Assembly: GCA_009877105.1 (NCBI GenBank)
Contig: WXFD01000024.1
Coordinates: forward strand, 8,811 to 72,810
Source: Bacteroidales bacterium
GTDB taxonomy: Bacteria > Bacteroidota > Bacteroidia > Bacteroidales > VadinHA17
Direction of reading: 5' to 3'
Length of the DNA: 64,000 bases
This document shows positions 9,887 to 20,682 of the stretch, in pieces. The stretch's first letter is position 1. The number at the start of each line of letters is the position of its first letter. The translations under genes and the position numbers were made by a program. The notes under the pieces were generated by a model, which was not told where the DNA came from, searched no databases, and saw only the letters and a program-made list of their open reading frames with translations.

Positions 9887-11080
9887 ATGGGAAAAGTAAT
9901 GGTTATAGGAGCAGGCGGCGTTGCCTCTGTGGCTGTTCAGAAAATGGCTTCTCTCCCGGATGTATTCACTGAGATACTGCTGGCAAGCCGTACAAAATCA
10001 AAATGCGATGCAATTAAGGCCAGAACCGGCAGTAAAAGGATAAGTACCGAACAGATTGATGCCGACAACGTTCCTGAATTAAGAAAGCTTATCAAAGGCT
10101 TCGGCCCCGATATCGTTGTAAATCTGGCGCTTCCCTACCAGGACCTGCATATCATGGATGCCTGCCTTGCCGAAGGAGTATCGTATCTTGACACCGCAAA
10201 CTATGAACCCCCTGAGGAGGCCAGGTTTGAATACAGCTGGCAGTGGGCTTATCACGACAGGTACAAGAATGCCGGATTAACAGCAATACTGGGCTGCGGA
10301 TTCGATCCGGGGGTAACCTCGGTATTTACTGCCTACGCGGCCCGGCACCACTTTGATGAACTTCATTATCTCGATATTGTTGATTGCAATGCCGGCGACC
10401 ATGGCAAACCCTTTGCAACCAATTTCAATCCCGAGATCAATATTCGCGAGGTTACCCAGAAAGGCAAATACTGGGAGAACGGAAAATGGATCTACACCAA
10501 GCCTCACGAGATCAGGAAGGTGTTAACCTATCCCGACATAGGTCCCAGGGACTCCTATCTGATCTATCATGAGGAGCTCGAATCGCTCGTTAAAAATTTT
10601 CCCACCTTGAAACGTGCCAGGTTCTGGATGACGTTCGGACAGGAATATCTTACACATCTTCGTGTTATTCAGAATATTGGCATGGCCGGAATAGAGCCGG
10701 TGATGTTTGATGGACGCGAGATAATACCCATTCAATTCCTTAAAGCCGTACTACCTGATCCGGGGGAGCTGGGCGAGGATTACAAGGGCTGGACATCAAT
10801 AGGCTGCAGGATCAGGGGAACCAAAGACGGCAGGGAAAAAACATATTATGTTTATAATAACTGCAGTCATGAAGCAGCATACAGAGAGACCGGAGCACAG
10901 GCTGTCAGCTATACCACCGGTGTGCCGGCAGCAATAGGTACAATGATGTACCTGGGCGGAATCTGGAAGAAGCCCGGTGTATTCAATGTTGAAGAGTTTG
11001 ATCCCGATCCCTTTATGGAGCAGCTTAACAGGCTTGGATTACCATGGGTTGAGCTTCATGATACGGACCTTGAACTTTAA
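9887..11080 (+). CDS. Carboxy(nor)spermidine dehydrogenase (saccharopine dehydrogenase family)
   Basis: IGAGGV Rossmann motif; YLDTANYEP, GCGFDPG and ATNFNPEINIRE; adjacent to nspC. Start moved to ATG 9887. Confidence 0.92.
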   Translation: MGKVMVIGAGGVASVAVQKMASLPDVFTEILLASRTKSKCDAIKARTGSKRISTEQIDADNVPELRKLIKGFGPDIVVNLALPYQDLHIMDACLAEGVSYLDTANYEPPEEARFEYSWQWAYHDRYKNAGLTAILGCGFDPGVTSVFTAYAARHHFDELHYLDIVDCNAGDHGKPFATNFNPEINIREVTQKGKYWENGKWIYTKPHEIRKVLTYPDIGPRDSYLIYHEELESLVKNFPTLKRARFWMTFGQEYLTHLRVIQNIGMAGIEPVMFDGREIIPIQFLKAVLPDPGELGEDYKGWTSIGCRIRGTKDGREKTYYVYNNCSHEAAYRETGAQAVSYTTGVPAAIGTMMYLGGIWKKPGVFNVEEFDPDPFMEQLNRLGLPWVELHDTDLEL

Positions 11081-11097
11081 CCCCCGGGGGTCATTGT

Positions 11098-12240
11098 ATG
11101 CCTGTGGATTATTCAAGGATACCGTCTCCGTGCTATGTAATAGACGAAGAGAGACTCAGGAAGAACCTCCGGCTCATCCGGCAGGTTTCTGATGATTCCG
11201 GAGCAGAAATCATTCTGGCATTCAAGGGATTTGCAATGTGGGGAGTATTCCCGGTTGTAAGGGAGTACATCCGGGGAGCATCAGCAAGTTCACTCAGCGA
11301 GGCAAGACTCTGTATGGAGGAAATGGGCAGCCTTGCCCATACTTACTCACCGGTTTACAAGGAGAGTGAATTCGAACATATACTGGGATTCAGCTCCCAT
11401 GTTACTTTCAATTCCCTGGCACAATACGACAAATATGCAGGTTTCCTGGACGGATATCCCCGGAAAGTGTCGGCAGGCTTGCGGATAAACCCGGAATTAC
11501 CCCTGACCGGTTATGATATTTACAATCCATGCTCACCTGGTTCACGCATGGGAATCATTGCCGAAGATTTGATCCGGCACGGGCTTCCGGATGGTATCGA
11601 AGGACTTCATTTTCACGTACTTTTTGAAGCAGATTCCTATGCCCTTGAAAAAGTTCTGAATACCATTGAAGAGAAATTCGGTAACTTCCTGCCACGGCTC
11701 AAATGGATTAATATGGGCGGCGGTCACCTGATGACACGGACCGGGTACGACACGGCCCACCTCGTAAAGTTGCTAACCGATTTCAGGCAAAGGTATGGGG
11801 TACATATCATTCTTGAACCGGGAAGCGCATTTGCCTGGGAAACCGGAGAACTTGTGGCGACGGTTGAAGATATAGTTGAGAATCATGGAATTAAGACTGC
11901 CATCCTGGATGTCTCTTTTACCGCTCATATGCCCGATTGTCTCGAGATGCCCTACAAGCCCGGAATACTGGGTGCAGGTGATCCTGAACCTGGAAAACCC
12001 GTATACAGGCTGGGCGGCAATTCATGCCTTTCGGGTGATGTGATGGGAGACTGGTCGTTTGAGAAGCCCCTGCGGCCGGGTGACAGGGTAATATTCCTCG
12101 ACATGATCCATTATACCATGGTCAAGACAACAACCTTCAACGGGGTACAGCATCCGTCTATCGGAATTTGGACTGCTGATAACAGCTTCCGGCTGTTACG
12201 TCAGTTCGGATATGAGGATTACAAGGGAAGGTTAAGCTGA
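11098..12240 (+). CDS. nspC: Carboxy(nor)spermidine decarboxylase
   Basis: LAFKGF PLP lysine; NMGGGH, EPG, HMPD, GNSCLSGD and HYTMVKTTTFNG motifs. Confidence 0.95.
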   Translation: MPVDYSRIPSPCYVIDEERLRKNLRLIRQVSDDSGAEIILAFKGFAMWGVFPVVREYIRGASASSLSEARLCMEEMGSLAHTYSPVYKESEFEHILGFSSHVTFNSLAQYDKYAGFLDGYPRKVSAGLRINPELPLTGYDIYNPCSPGSRMGIIAEDLIRHGLPDGIEGLHFHVLFEADSYALEKVLNTIEEKFGNFLPRLKWINMGGGHLMTRTGYDTAHLVKLLTDFRQRYGVHIILEPGSAFAWETGELVATVEDIVENHGIKTAILDVSFTAHMPDCLEMPYKPGILGAGDPEPGKPVYRLGGNSCLSGDVMGDWSFEKPLRPGDRVIFLDMIHYTMVKTTTFNGVQHPSIGIWTADNSFRLLRQFGYEDYKGRLS

Positions 12241-12256
12241 CAGGCAGGCTTACCTT

Positions 12257-13456
12257 TTAACCGTCAATTGCCCCCGATCCGATAAGCTCATCGCCGTCAT
12301 ACCATGCTGCAAACTGCCCTGCAGTAATGCCCCGCTGCAATCTGTCGAAAATGATGTGAATATCATTATTTCTCCTGTACAACCTGGCTTTCTGGAGCGG
12401 CTGCCTGTATCTTATTCTGACCATGTATAAACGAGACTCATTTTCATTCAGCTCAAGATCCTTTCGAATCCAGTGTACATCGTCCCGTCTGATCCTCAAC
12501 CCTTTCCGGTAAAGCCCGGGATGAGCCTCGCCTTCTCCCACGAATACAATGTTGTTTAAAGTGTCTGTACCGATGACGAAAAGCGGCTCTTTTGATCCGC
12601 CTATATTCAATCCCTTCCGCTGCCCGATGGTGAAGAAGTGAGCTCCTTCATGCACCCCCGCGACAGAACCCGTTTCAGGGCTGTAAACCGGGGGCGTGGT
12701 ATTCATCAGGAGTAGGCTGTCATCAAGCTCGGGGCCGGGAATTCCCCTGAGCCACCGGGTAATGCATTTTTCGGCCGGGATCCTGATAACTTCACCTTTC
12801 TCTGATTTGAGTTTTTGTTTCAGAAAGGTTGGCAGGTGAACCTTACCGATGAAGCAGATGCCCTGTGAATCTTTTCTCCGGGCTGTAGGAAGCTTAAGTT
12901 CATCAGCTATTTCACGTACCCGGGGTTTTGTCATTTCGCCTATGGGGAACAGCGCCTTGGCCAGCTGCTTCTGGCTGACCTGGCATAGAAAATAACTCTG
13001 GTCCTTGTTGTTGTCCATGCCCGACAGCAGGCGGAATATGATTTTGCCATCCCTTTTAATGGCATCCTTGCGGCAATAGTGCCCGGTTGCCATGTAATCA
13101 GCACCTGTTTTCAGAGCCTCCCGGGCAAAGGAATCGAATTTGATTTCCCTGTTGCAGAGTACATCGGGATTGGGTGTTCTTCCTTTTTCATACTCGCTGA
13201 ACATGTAGTCGGCCACCCGTTTTCTGTACGATTCACTCAGATCGATAAAACGAAATGGAATTTTCAGCTTCTTTGCCACCATTTCAGCGAACATAAGATC
13301 ATCTTCCCAGTGACAGTCACTTTTCAGCAAACCGGTGGTATCATTCCAGTTTCTCATGAAAAGGGCCTCAACTTCATAGCCTTCATTTTTCAGAACCCAG
13401 GCGGCAACACTGGAGTCAACACCTCCCGACAATCCGATGACAACCTTTTTTTTCAC
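12257..13456 (-). CDS. mnmA: tRNA U34 2-thiouridylase
   Basis: SGGVDS, TPNPDVLCNREIKF, KDQSYFL and DSQGICFIG; GTG start. Confidence 0.97.
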   Translation of the reverse strand: MKKKVVIGLSGGVDSSVAAWVLKNEGYEVEALFMRNWNDTTGLLKSDCHWEDDLMFAEMVAKKLKIPFRFIDLSESYRKRVADYMFSEYEKGRTPNPDVLCNREIKFDSFAREALKTGADYMATGHYCRKDAIKRDGKIIFRLLSGMDNNKDQSYFLCQVSQKQLAKALFPIGEMTKPRVREIADELKLPTARRKDSQGICFIGKVHLPTFLKQKLKSEKGEVIRIPAEKCITRWLRGIPGPELDDSLLLMNTTPPVYSPETGSVAGVHEGAHFFTIGQRKGLNIGGSKEPLFVIGTDTLNNIVFVGEGEAHPGLYRKGLRIRRDDVHWIRKDLELNENESRLYMVRIRYRQPLQKARLYRRNNDIHIIFDRLQRGITAGQFAAWYDGDELIGSGAIDG

Positions 13457-13460
13457 CAGG

Positions 13461-13497
13461 CAAAGGTAGTTAAAAGGCTTTAAAATTGATACCTTTA
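13461..13497. promoter_or_regulatory. Back-to-back -7 elements for mnmA (TACCTTTG, minus, 13461-13468) and addA (TACCTTTA, plus, 13490-13497)
   Basis: Two inverted TACCTTT copies in a 48-bp divergent intergenic region. Confidence 0.6.
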
Positions 13498-13504
13498 TCC
13501 GGTT

Positions 13505-16500
13505 ATGGGAGAAGGGACATTAACAATTTACAGTGCATCCGCCGGTTCGGGAAAGACATTCCGGCTTGCGTCCAGTTATCTTGCTGCCCTTTTCAGATCA
13601 AAATACCAATACCGCAGGATACTGGCTGTGACCTTTACCAATAAGGCCACAGCTGAAATGAAGGGAAGAATCCTCGATCAGCTTGACAGGCTTGCATCGG
13701 GCAGGGATTCGGAATATCTCGGGGATCTTGTTGCAGCCACGGGCAAATCAGAGCAAGACCTCAGGGCGGCTGCAAAGGAGATCCTTTCGTCAATTCTTCA
13801 CGATTATTCGCGTTTCTCGGTTTCTACAATAGACGCCTTTTTCCAGAAAGTTATCCGAGCATTTGCCAGGGAGTGCGGTCTTAATTCGGCATTCAGCCTT
13901 GAAATTGATCACAGCCTCATTCTGACAACCGCAGTTGATGAAATGATAGCTTCAACCGCGAAAGACCGGAATCTCAGGAACTGGCTCATGAGATACATCC
14001 TTTCAAATATTGATGAAGAGAAAAGCTGGAACATTAAGGATTCGATTATTAGGCTTTCGGAAGAACTGTTCAGGGAAAAGTTCAGGATACTCTCCTCGGG
14101 TGAGATCGGCAATCTGAAGGATAAGAATTTCCTGCTCAGGTATATCGAAAAACTAAGTACATTGAGGTCATCCTTTGAAAAAAGAATGATCTCCTTCGGG
14201 AAAAAGGCGGAACAGATCTTTTCAGAATTTGGACTAACTGATGATATGTTCTATAATAAGAGCAGGGGAGTACCGGGATTTATCAGGGATCTGTCAAAAG
14301 GCAGGATTGTCAGACCTGGCGAGAAGGTAAGGGCTGCCCTCGGAAATCCGCCGCGATGGGCCACGGGTAATCCGCATCCCCATCTGCTAAGTGCTGTGAC
14401 CGGAGGCCTTGAAAGTGTTCTTAAAGAAGCAGTCAGACTCTTTGATGAAACGATTACAGATTACAACACTGCTGGTTCCATCCTTCAGAATTTTTATGCA
14501 CTGGGTATACTTTCCGACGTTCTCGCCAAGGTCCATGAAGTTGTTTCAGGCGAGAACATGTTCCTGCTGTCTGATGCCGGGGAACTTCTAAGTCTCATAA
14601 CCGGGAATGATCAGACCCCGTTCATTTATGAAAAGATAGGATCACGTTATGAGAACTTCATGATTGATGAGTTCCAGGACACTTCAGTTCTTCAGTGGAA
14701 CAATTTCCGGCACCTTATTGAAAACAGCATGTCGGAAGGCAACGACAATATGGTTGTGGGTGACGTCAAACAATCCATATACAGGTTCAGGAACAGCGAT
14801 TGGAAGATCCTGGGAGATATGCTTGAAAAGAAGACAGATAACAATAGAATTAAAAGCATACCACTTGGGAGGAATTACAGGAGCAGATCGAACATCATAT
14901 CTTTCAATAATTCCTTTTTTTCAGTATTGCCCGTGTTGCTCGACCGGGTTTTTTCCGAAAGTCCCGGTGACACAAGCTTTGTAAAGTTGTATGCGGAAGC
15001 TGTCCAGTCAGACCCGGGCCGTTCAACAGGTGGTTACGTCAGGATTGAGTTCATAGGGGACGATGCGGAAGGAGAACAGATGACCGATACAGAGGGTCGT
15101 ATTAACAAGGATACAGGGAAAAAACAGGGCAATGACTGGAAAGCAAAAGTACTTAAGAAAATTCCGGGTATTATTGAAACAATCCTTGATAAAGGTTATA
15201 ACGCTTCCGATGTCGGGATACTTGTAAGGGATGGCCGTGAGGGTGCGGAAGTAATGAAGACACTGCTCGGATACTCCGGCAGCCTGCAGGAAAGCCCGGG
15301 GCAGCATCGGTTCAAGGTTGTTTCAAACGATTCCCTGGTCTTTTCAGGATCGAACGTGATAACATTCATTATTTCTGCTCTAAAGGTGATAGTCAATCCC
15401 GAGGACCAGATAAGCAGGGCCCTGATGACAAGATATTACCTTTTTGCAAAGGAAGTACCCGGTGCTGATCGGATCAACCTGTTCAGGGAAGATCTCATAA
15501 GCGGATCAGCAGGGTATTTGCCGGATGGTTATGAACTGTTTCTTGAAGAAGCGGGAAAGATGACTCTTTACGACGCTGCTGAGGCAATAATTGACTTTTT
15601 TGGTGTCGGGGACTATTCATGGAACGTATCCTACCTTGTTTCCTTCATGGATATTGTACTCGAGTATTCGAGGACAAGGAATACCGATTTCAGGTCGTTC
15701 ATAGAATGGTGGGAATCCGGCGGCGAGTCAAAGTCACTGTCTCTTCCGTCAGGTATGGATGCAGTCAGGGTGCTGACCATACATAAATCGAAAGGACTGG
15801 AATTCCCGGTTGTAATTCTTCCTTTTCTTTCATGGAACCTCGATCACCGTCCTTCAAGGCGCCCTGTGATCTGGGCCCGGCCCGGCCGGCCTCCTTTCAA
15901 TGACATCGGAATCGTTCCACTGAAATACAGCAAGGATTTATCGGAAACGATTTTTAACGTTGAATACCATGAGGAACGTTTTAATTCATTCCTTGATAAC
16001 CTTAACCTGCTCTATGTTGCAATGACCAGGGCTATTGATGCATTATACGGATTTGTTCCGCTTAATCCGGTGTCATCCGGCGGAATTGCCTCATATATCA
16101 GGGAAGCGATGCAATGTGATTTGAACCCGGCAGGGTTGTCGGGTATTGTTATGAGCAAAATGTCCGACAACGAGGGGAGGGTATTTGAACTGGGTGAAGT
16201 ACCACTGAATCAGGAACATGGCAGGGAAGCCGGCAGATCAATAACCCTGACTTCCTACCATTCGGGAAAAAGGCCGCAATCCCTGAGACTAAAACTTCAT
16301 GCCGGGAATTATTTTGTAACGGATGGCGAACGGCTCAGGGAAATGACGAACTATGGATTGATCATGCATGAGGTTTTTGCAGGGATATCATGCAGGGAAG
16401 ATATTCCGGAGGCGGTTGCCGGTATGGTGCTTGAGGGAAAAATTACGGAAAATGAAGCCGGGGCGCTTGTTGAGCGATTACAGGATCTCGTATCGGATCC

Positions 16501-16762
16501 GGCAGTATCATCCTGGTTCGATCCCGGGAATACTCTTATGAAAGAGGCGGAAATACTGCTTCCTTCAGGCAGTATAAAAAGACCCGACAGAATTATCCTG
16601 AGAAACGGGAATGCTACGATTGTTGATTTTAAGTTTGGTGAAAAGGATCCTAAGCATGCAGAGCAAATCAGCCTGTATCGTAATTTACTTGTAATGATGG
16701 GCTATCGGAATACTGATGCCTACATCTGGTATGTTGATGCAAATCTCATAGAAAAAGCCTGA
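13505..16762 (+). CDS. addA: UvrD-family helicase/nuclease, AddA/RecB-like
   Basis: ASAGSGKT, TFTNKA, IDEFQDTS, VGDVKQSIYRFR, TIHKSKGLEF and YVAMTRA; C-terminal PD-(D/E)XK domain (RPDR...VDFK). Confidence 0.88.
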   Translation: MGEGTLTIYSASAGSGKTFRLASSYLAALFRSKYQYRRILAVTFTNKATAEMKGRILDQLDRLASGRDSEYLGDLVAATGKSEQDLRAAAKEILSSILHDYSRFSVSTIDAFFQKVIRAFARECGLNSAFSLEIDHSLILTTAVDEMIASTAKDRNLRNWLMRYILSNIDEEKSWNIKDSIIRLSEELFREKFRILSSGEIGNLKDKNFLLRYIEKLSTLRSSFEKRMISFGKKAEQIFSEFGLTDDMFYNKSRGVPGFIRDLSKGRIVRPGEKVRAALGNPPRWATGNPHPHLLSAVTGGLESVLKEAVRLFDETITDYNTAGSILQNFYALGILSDVLAKVHEVVSGENMFLLSDAGELLSLITGNDQTPFIYEKIGSRYENFMIDEFQDTSVLQWNNFRHLIENSMSEGNDNMVVGDVKQSIYRFRNSDWKILGDMLEKKTDNNRIKSIPLGRNYRSRSNIISFNNSFFSVLPVLLDRVFSESPGDTSFVKLYAEAVQSDPGRSTGGYVRIEFIGDDAEGEQMTDTEGRINKDTGKKQGNDWKAKVLKKIPGIIETILDKGYNASDVGILVRDGREGAEVMKTLLGYSGSLQESPGQHRFKVVSNDSLVFSGSNVITFIISALKVIVNPEDQISRALMTRYYLFAKEVPGADRINLFREDLISGSAGYLPDGYELFLEEAGKMTLYDAAEAIIDFFGVGDYSWNVSYLVSFMDIVLEYSRTRNTDFRSFIEWWESGGESKSLSLPSGMDAVRVLTIHKSKGLEFPVVILPFLSWNLDHRPSRRPVIWARPGRPPFNDIGIVPLKYSKDLSETIFNVEYHEERFNSFLDNLNLLYVAMTRAIDALYGFVPLNPVSSGGIASYIREAMQCDLNPAGLSGIVMSKMSDNEGRVFELGEVPLNQEHGREAGRSITLTSYHSGKRPQSLRLKLHAGNYFVTDGERLREMTNYGLIMHEVFAGISCREDIPEAVAGMVLEGKITENEAGALVERLQDLVSDPAVSSWFDPGNTLMKEAEILLPSGSIKRPDRIILRNGNATIVDFKFGEKDPKHAEQISLYRNLLVMMGYRNTDAYIWYVDANLIEKA

Positions 16763-17736
16763 TGCGGGAGAAAAACAAAGAAAGCAGGATATATCTCTGG
16801 GGGCATGAACGGCGGTTCAATGCATACTCAAACTATTTCAGGCAGCTGTATGGCACCAGGGTACAGAAAGTATCGGTTGATGCGGGATTCACCTGTCCGA
16901 ACAGGGACGGGAAAAAAGGTACGGGCGGATGCACGTACTGCGATAATCAGGCATTTAATCCATCTTATTGTGATCCTGTGAAATCAATAACACAACAGAT
17001 AAAGGAAGGCATAGAATTCCACAAATGGAGGTATCGCAGGGCAGTATCATATCTGACATATTTCCAGTCATACACGAATACATATGCCCCGCTGGAACAT
17101 CTCAGGAAGCTGTTCATGGAAGCCCTGGACTATCCGGGTGTGATCGGTCTGACAATCGGGACCAGGCCCGATTGCATCGGAAAGGAAAAGCTGGAATACC
17201 TGGGGGAACTGTCAAAAGATCACTATATTACAGTTGAATATGGAATAGAATCATGCTATAACAGGACCCTGGAAAGGATCAACAGGGGCCATAGTTTTGA
17301 AGAAGCTGTCGAAATCCTTAAGCAGACCGCGGAATATGGCATCCCTGCAGGAGCCCATTTCATATTTGGACTGCCCGGGGAGACTGTTGAAGATATGCTG
17401 TCCATGGCTGAGATAATTTCCTCCCTGCCCCTCAGAACAGTGAAGTTCCATCAGCTGCAGATACTGAAGAACACCCGGATGGAGAAGGAATACAGGAACA
17501 AGATACAGGATTTTCATATTTTCACCCTGGAGGAGTATATAAACTTCATTGTGAAATTCCTGGAGATGCTGAATCCGGCAATAGTAGTGGAACGCTTCAC
17601 TGGAGAAGTTCCGCCGCGTTTCAGGGTTAATGAAGGCTTTGGCAATTACCGGTCTGAACAGATCCTTATCCTCGTGGAAAGACGGCTTGAAGAACTTGAC
17701 ACCTGGCAGGGGCGACTCTGCAAAACGATGAACTGA
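16762..17736 (+). CDS. TIGR01212-family radical SAM protein (YhcC/YtqA-like)
   Basis: GFTCPNRDG...GGCTYC (CX11CX2C); YFQSYTNTY, GTRPDC and INRGH. Confidence 0.92.
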   Translation: MREKNKESRIYLWGHERRFNAYSNYFRQLYGTRVQKVSVDAGFTCPNRDGKKGTGGCTYCDNQAFNPSYCDPVKSITQQIKEGIEFHKWRYRRAVSYLTYFQSYTNTYAPLEHLRKLFMEALDYPGVIGLTIGTRPDCIGKEKLEYLGELSKDHYITVEYGIESCYNRTLERINRGHSFEEAVEILKQTAEYGIPAGAHFIFGLPGETVEDMLSMAEIISSLPLRTVKFHQLQILKNTRMEKEYRNKIQDFHIFTLEEYINFIVKFLEMLNPAIVVERFTGEVPPRFRVNEGFGNYRSEQILILVERRLEELDTWQGRLCKTMN

Positions 17737-17763
17737 TCAATGATGTTTTATCCTGAATAATAG

Positions 17764-20664
17764 ATGGAATACTTTCTGGAACGCATTGCAAGGATATTGA
17801 CCGACGGTTTCGTTGACCGGCTCGATACACAGTGCATTGTGTTCCCCAGCAGGAGGGCAGGTTTGTTTTTCATGAAGTATCTTGCCGACAGGGTTGATAA
17901 ACCCGTCTGGGCCCCGTCGGTAATGACAATAAATGATCTATTCCGTTTATTCTCCCCACTCAGGCTTGCGGATAATGAAGTCCTTCTTTTTGAGCTTTAC
18001 AAGGCATTCCGGTCAGTCAGAAAAACGACAGAAACTTTTGATGATTTTTATTACTGGGGAGGCATGCTGCTGAACGATTTTGACGATATTGACAAATACC
18101 TGGCAGATCCGGCTTCAATATTTCGAAATGTCCGTGATCTTAAAATGATCGATCGTCAGTTCGGCGGCCTTAGTCAGCACCAGGCTGAGGTAGTGCAAAA
18201 ATTCTGGGTGAACTTTGAACCCGGTAAACCAACACCCGAGAAAAAACAGTTTGAAGAAACCTGGTATATACTGAACGATCTTTACAATGCATTCAGGGAG
18301 GCTCTCAGACAGAAAAGGCTTGCATATGAGGGTATGATATTCAGGGATGCCATTGAAAGGAAAGGGTGGCAGAATCCAAAGGCACTCCGGTGGGACAAAA
18401 TTCATTTTGCAGGATTCAATGCGCTGAATGAGTGTGAAAAGACACTGATGAGCAGTCTGAAAAATAACGGAAAAGCCAGGTTCTACTGGGATTATGATAA
18501 TTCATACCTCGGTTCGAAGGATGTGAATTCAGCGGGATATTTTCTCAGAGAAAACATCCTGTCCTTTGGCAACGATATGCCGGCCGACTGGAGCTATGAT
18601 ACGCTTCTCACGGATAAATCGGGTACTGTAAGACGGACCGTGATTGAAACATCATCCGACGTTGCACAGGTTAAACTGGTTTCCCGTCTCACTGCCGAAA
18701 CGGATGATCCGGAACAGGGCTCTGATCATCAGACTGCAATTGTCCTTGCTGATGAAAATCTGCTGATTCCACTGTTATCGAGCCTTCCTGAAAAGAGGGA
18801 TCATGTGAATGTAACCATGGGGTACCCTATGAGGGAGACGCCGGTTTATCAGCTTGCAAAGAGCCTTCTCGATTTACAGTCCAATGCCAGGGAGAAAGAC
18901 GGCCGTGTCAGCTTTCATCATTCAGACGTAATGAAGGTGTTGGAAAACAGTCTTGTGTCACCGCTGATCGGAAAGGAGGGGAAGTTACTGGCCAGGGAGG
19001 TTGCGAACGGCAATTCTGAATATATACCTTCTGATTATTTTGGTTCATCGGGATTTACCAGGATTATATTTGAAAAACAGGATGATCCTCCGATGCTGGC
19101 GGAATATCTCAGAAAGATATTTTTCTTTATCGCCAGGGAAGATACTGAGGAAATGTCGGACCAGCCCGGAACATTCATGACAAAAAAAATAAGGAATGAA
19201 TTTATTTACAGGGCAGTGCTTTCGATTAACCGGATGAAGACGCTCACGGGTGATCCTGAAGTGAATTTTACGGTGAGAACCTTTGCGGCCATGCTTGAAA
19301 GGATTCTCCGAGCCCAGTCGGTACCGTTCATCGGTGAACCGCTTAAAGGGATCCAGATAATGGGACTGCTTGAGACCCGAACCCTTGATTTCCGGAACAT
19401 TATAATTCTTTCAGTTAATGAAGGAGTTCTGCCATCTCTTACAACTGCATCCTCATTCATTCCGTTCAGCTTGCGCGAGGCATTCGGCCTGCCCTCGATC
19501 AATCACCAGGAATCGGTTTATGCATACCATTTTTACAGGCTTCTTCACAGGGCCCGGAATGTGACATTTATTTACAATTCCGGCTCAGAAGGTTTGAGGA
19601 GCGGAGAAATAAGCAGGTTTATTCTGCAGATGAAGTACGGATCTGTTGTAGCACAGCCTGACCATCTGAGCCTGAATCTTGAAATAAAGAATCCTGCATC
19701 CCCCGGGGAATTCCTGGAAAGAACGGAGACAATGAACCTGAAACTAATGTCGAGGTTCAGCGGTAACGCCGGCGCGAAGATCATTTCCCCCTCGGCAATA
19801 AACGTCTGGCTCGGATGCAGGATGAAGTTCTGGTACCGTTATGTGAATGATATAAGGGAACCGGTGAAGCAGAAGGGAGAAATAGATCCGGCAACATTGG
19901 GAAGTATTTTTCATGATGTTGCCAAAAGACTTTATATGCCCTACCTTGGACAAACAATCGAAGCTTCGGGTTTTGAAGCTCTTGGGAAGAACAGGGAATA
20001 TCTGGGCATATTGATAGATACCGCTGTCAGGGAGCACTTTCCGGATAACAGCGATTCCTATTCAGCGCTTAATGAGCTGATCTCTGAAAATGTACTTATG
20101 ACCTACATTTCAAGAATCCTGGAAACTGACAGGAAATATGCTCCTGTCAGGATCATTGCCCTGGAAAAACCTGTTCAGTTCAGGATTGGATCACCAGCAG
20201 AAAAAAGAGAAGCCGGGTTCCTGGTAGGCGGTATTATTGACAGGATAGACAGTACCGGGGGAACAACAAGAATAGTCGATTACAAGACCGGTTCGGTGGC
20301 TGATCATATAAAAGCTATAGGGGAGCTTTTCGAGGATGACAGGAAAAGGGACATTGACTGCTGGCTGCAGGCATTGTTGTACTGCGAAGGGTACATTTCA
20401 GGAAGTTCCGATCCCGTCGTCGCACCTGCAATCTACAAGATCAGAAGAATTCCCGGGGACAGGCCGGCTGAGATGCTGAGCATAAAAGTGCCGGGAACAG
20501 ATGAGGTTGTAGTCGGGGATTATAATATGATAAGGGATGAATATCTTGATGGACTGCAAAAAACAATAAAGGCCATGTTCGATATTGACGAACCATTTTA
20601 CATGACCCGTGATTGGGTGGGGAAATGTTCCTACTGTGAATACAGGAGGCTATGTAAAAGATAA
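17764..20664 (+). CDS. addB: AddB-like PD-(D/E)XK nuclease subunit
   Basis: VFPSRRA, QIMGLLETR, SPSAI...C, GIIDRID...IVDYKTG; C-terminal CSYCEYRRLC Fe-S ligands. Confidence 0.82.
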   Translation: MEYFLERIARILTDGFVDRLDTQCIVFPSRRAGLFFMKYLADRVDKPVWAPSVMTINDLFRLFSPLRLADNEVLLFELYKAFRSVRKTTETFDDFYYWGGMLLNDFDDIDKYLADPASIFRNVRDLKMIDRQFGGLSQHQAEVVQKFWVNFEPGKPTPEKKQFEETWYILNDLYNAFREALRQKRLAYEGMIFRDAIERKGWQNPKALRWDKIHFAGFNALNECEKTLMSSLKNNGKARFYWDYDNSYLGSKDVNSAGYFLRENILSFGNDMPADWSYDTLLTDKSGTVRRTVIETSSDVAQVKLVSRLTAETDDPEQGSDHQTAIVLADENLLIPLLSSLPEKRDHVNVTMGYPMRETPVYQLAKSLLDLQSNAREKDGRVSFHHSDVMKVLENSLVSPLIGKEGKLLAREVANGNSEYIPSDYFGSSGFTRIIFEKQDDPPMLAEYLRKIFFFIAREDTEEMSDQPGTFMTKKIRNEFIYRAVLSINRMKTLTGDPEVNFTVRTFAAMLERILRAQSVPFIGEPLKGIQIMGLLETRTLDFRNIIILSVNEGVLPSLTTASSFIPFSLREAFGLPSINHQESVYAYHFYRLLHRARNVTFIYNSGSEGLRSGEISRFILQMKYGSVVAQPDHLSLNLEIKNPASPGEFLERTETMNLKLMSRFSGNAGAKIISPSAINVWLGCRMKFWYRYVNDIREPVKQKGEIDPATLGSIFHDVAKRLYMPYLGQTIEASGFEALGKNREYLGILIDTAVREHFPDNSDSYSALNELISENVLMTYISRILETDRKYAPVRIIALEKPVQFRIGSPAEKREAGFLVGGIIDRIDSTGGTTRIVDYKTGSVADHIKAIGELFEDDRKRDIDCWLQALLYCEGYISGSSDPVVAPAIYKIRRIPGDRPAEMLSIKVPGTDEVVVGDYNMIRDEYLDGLQKTIKAMFDIDEPFYMTRDWVGKCSYCEYRRLCKR

Positions 20665-20682
20665 CTGTAACCGGGGCGGATA

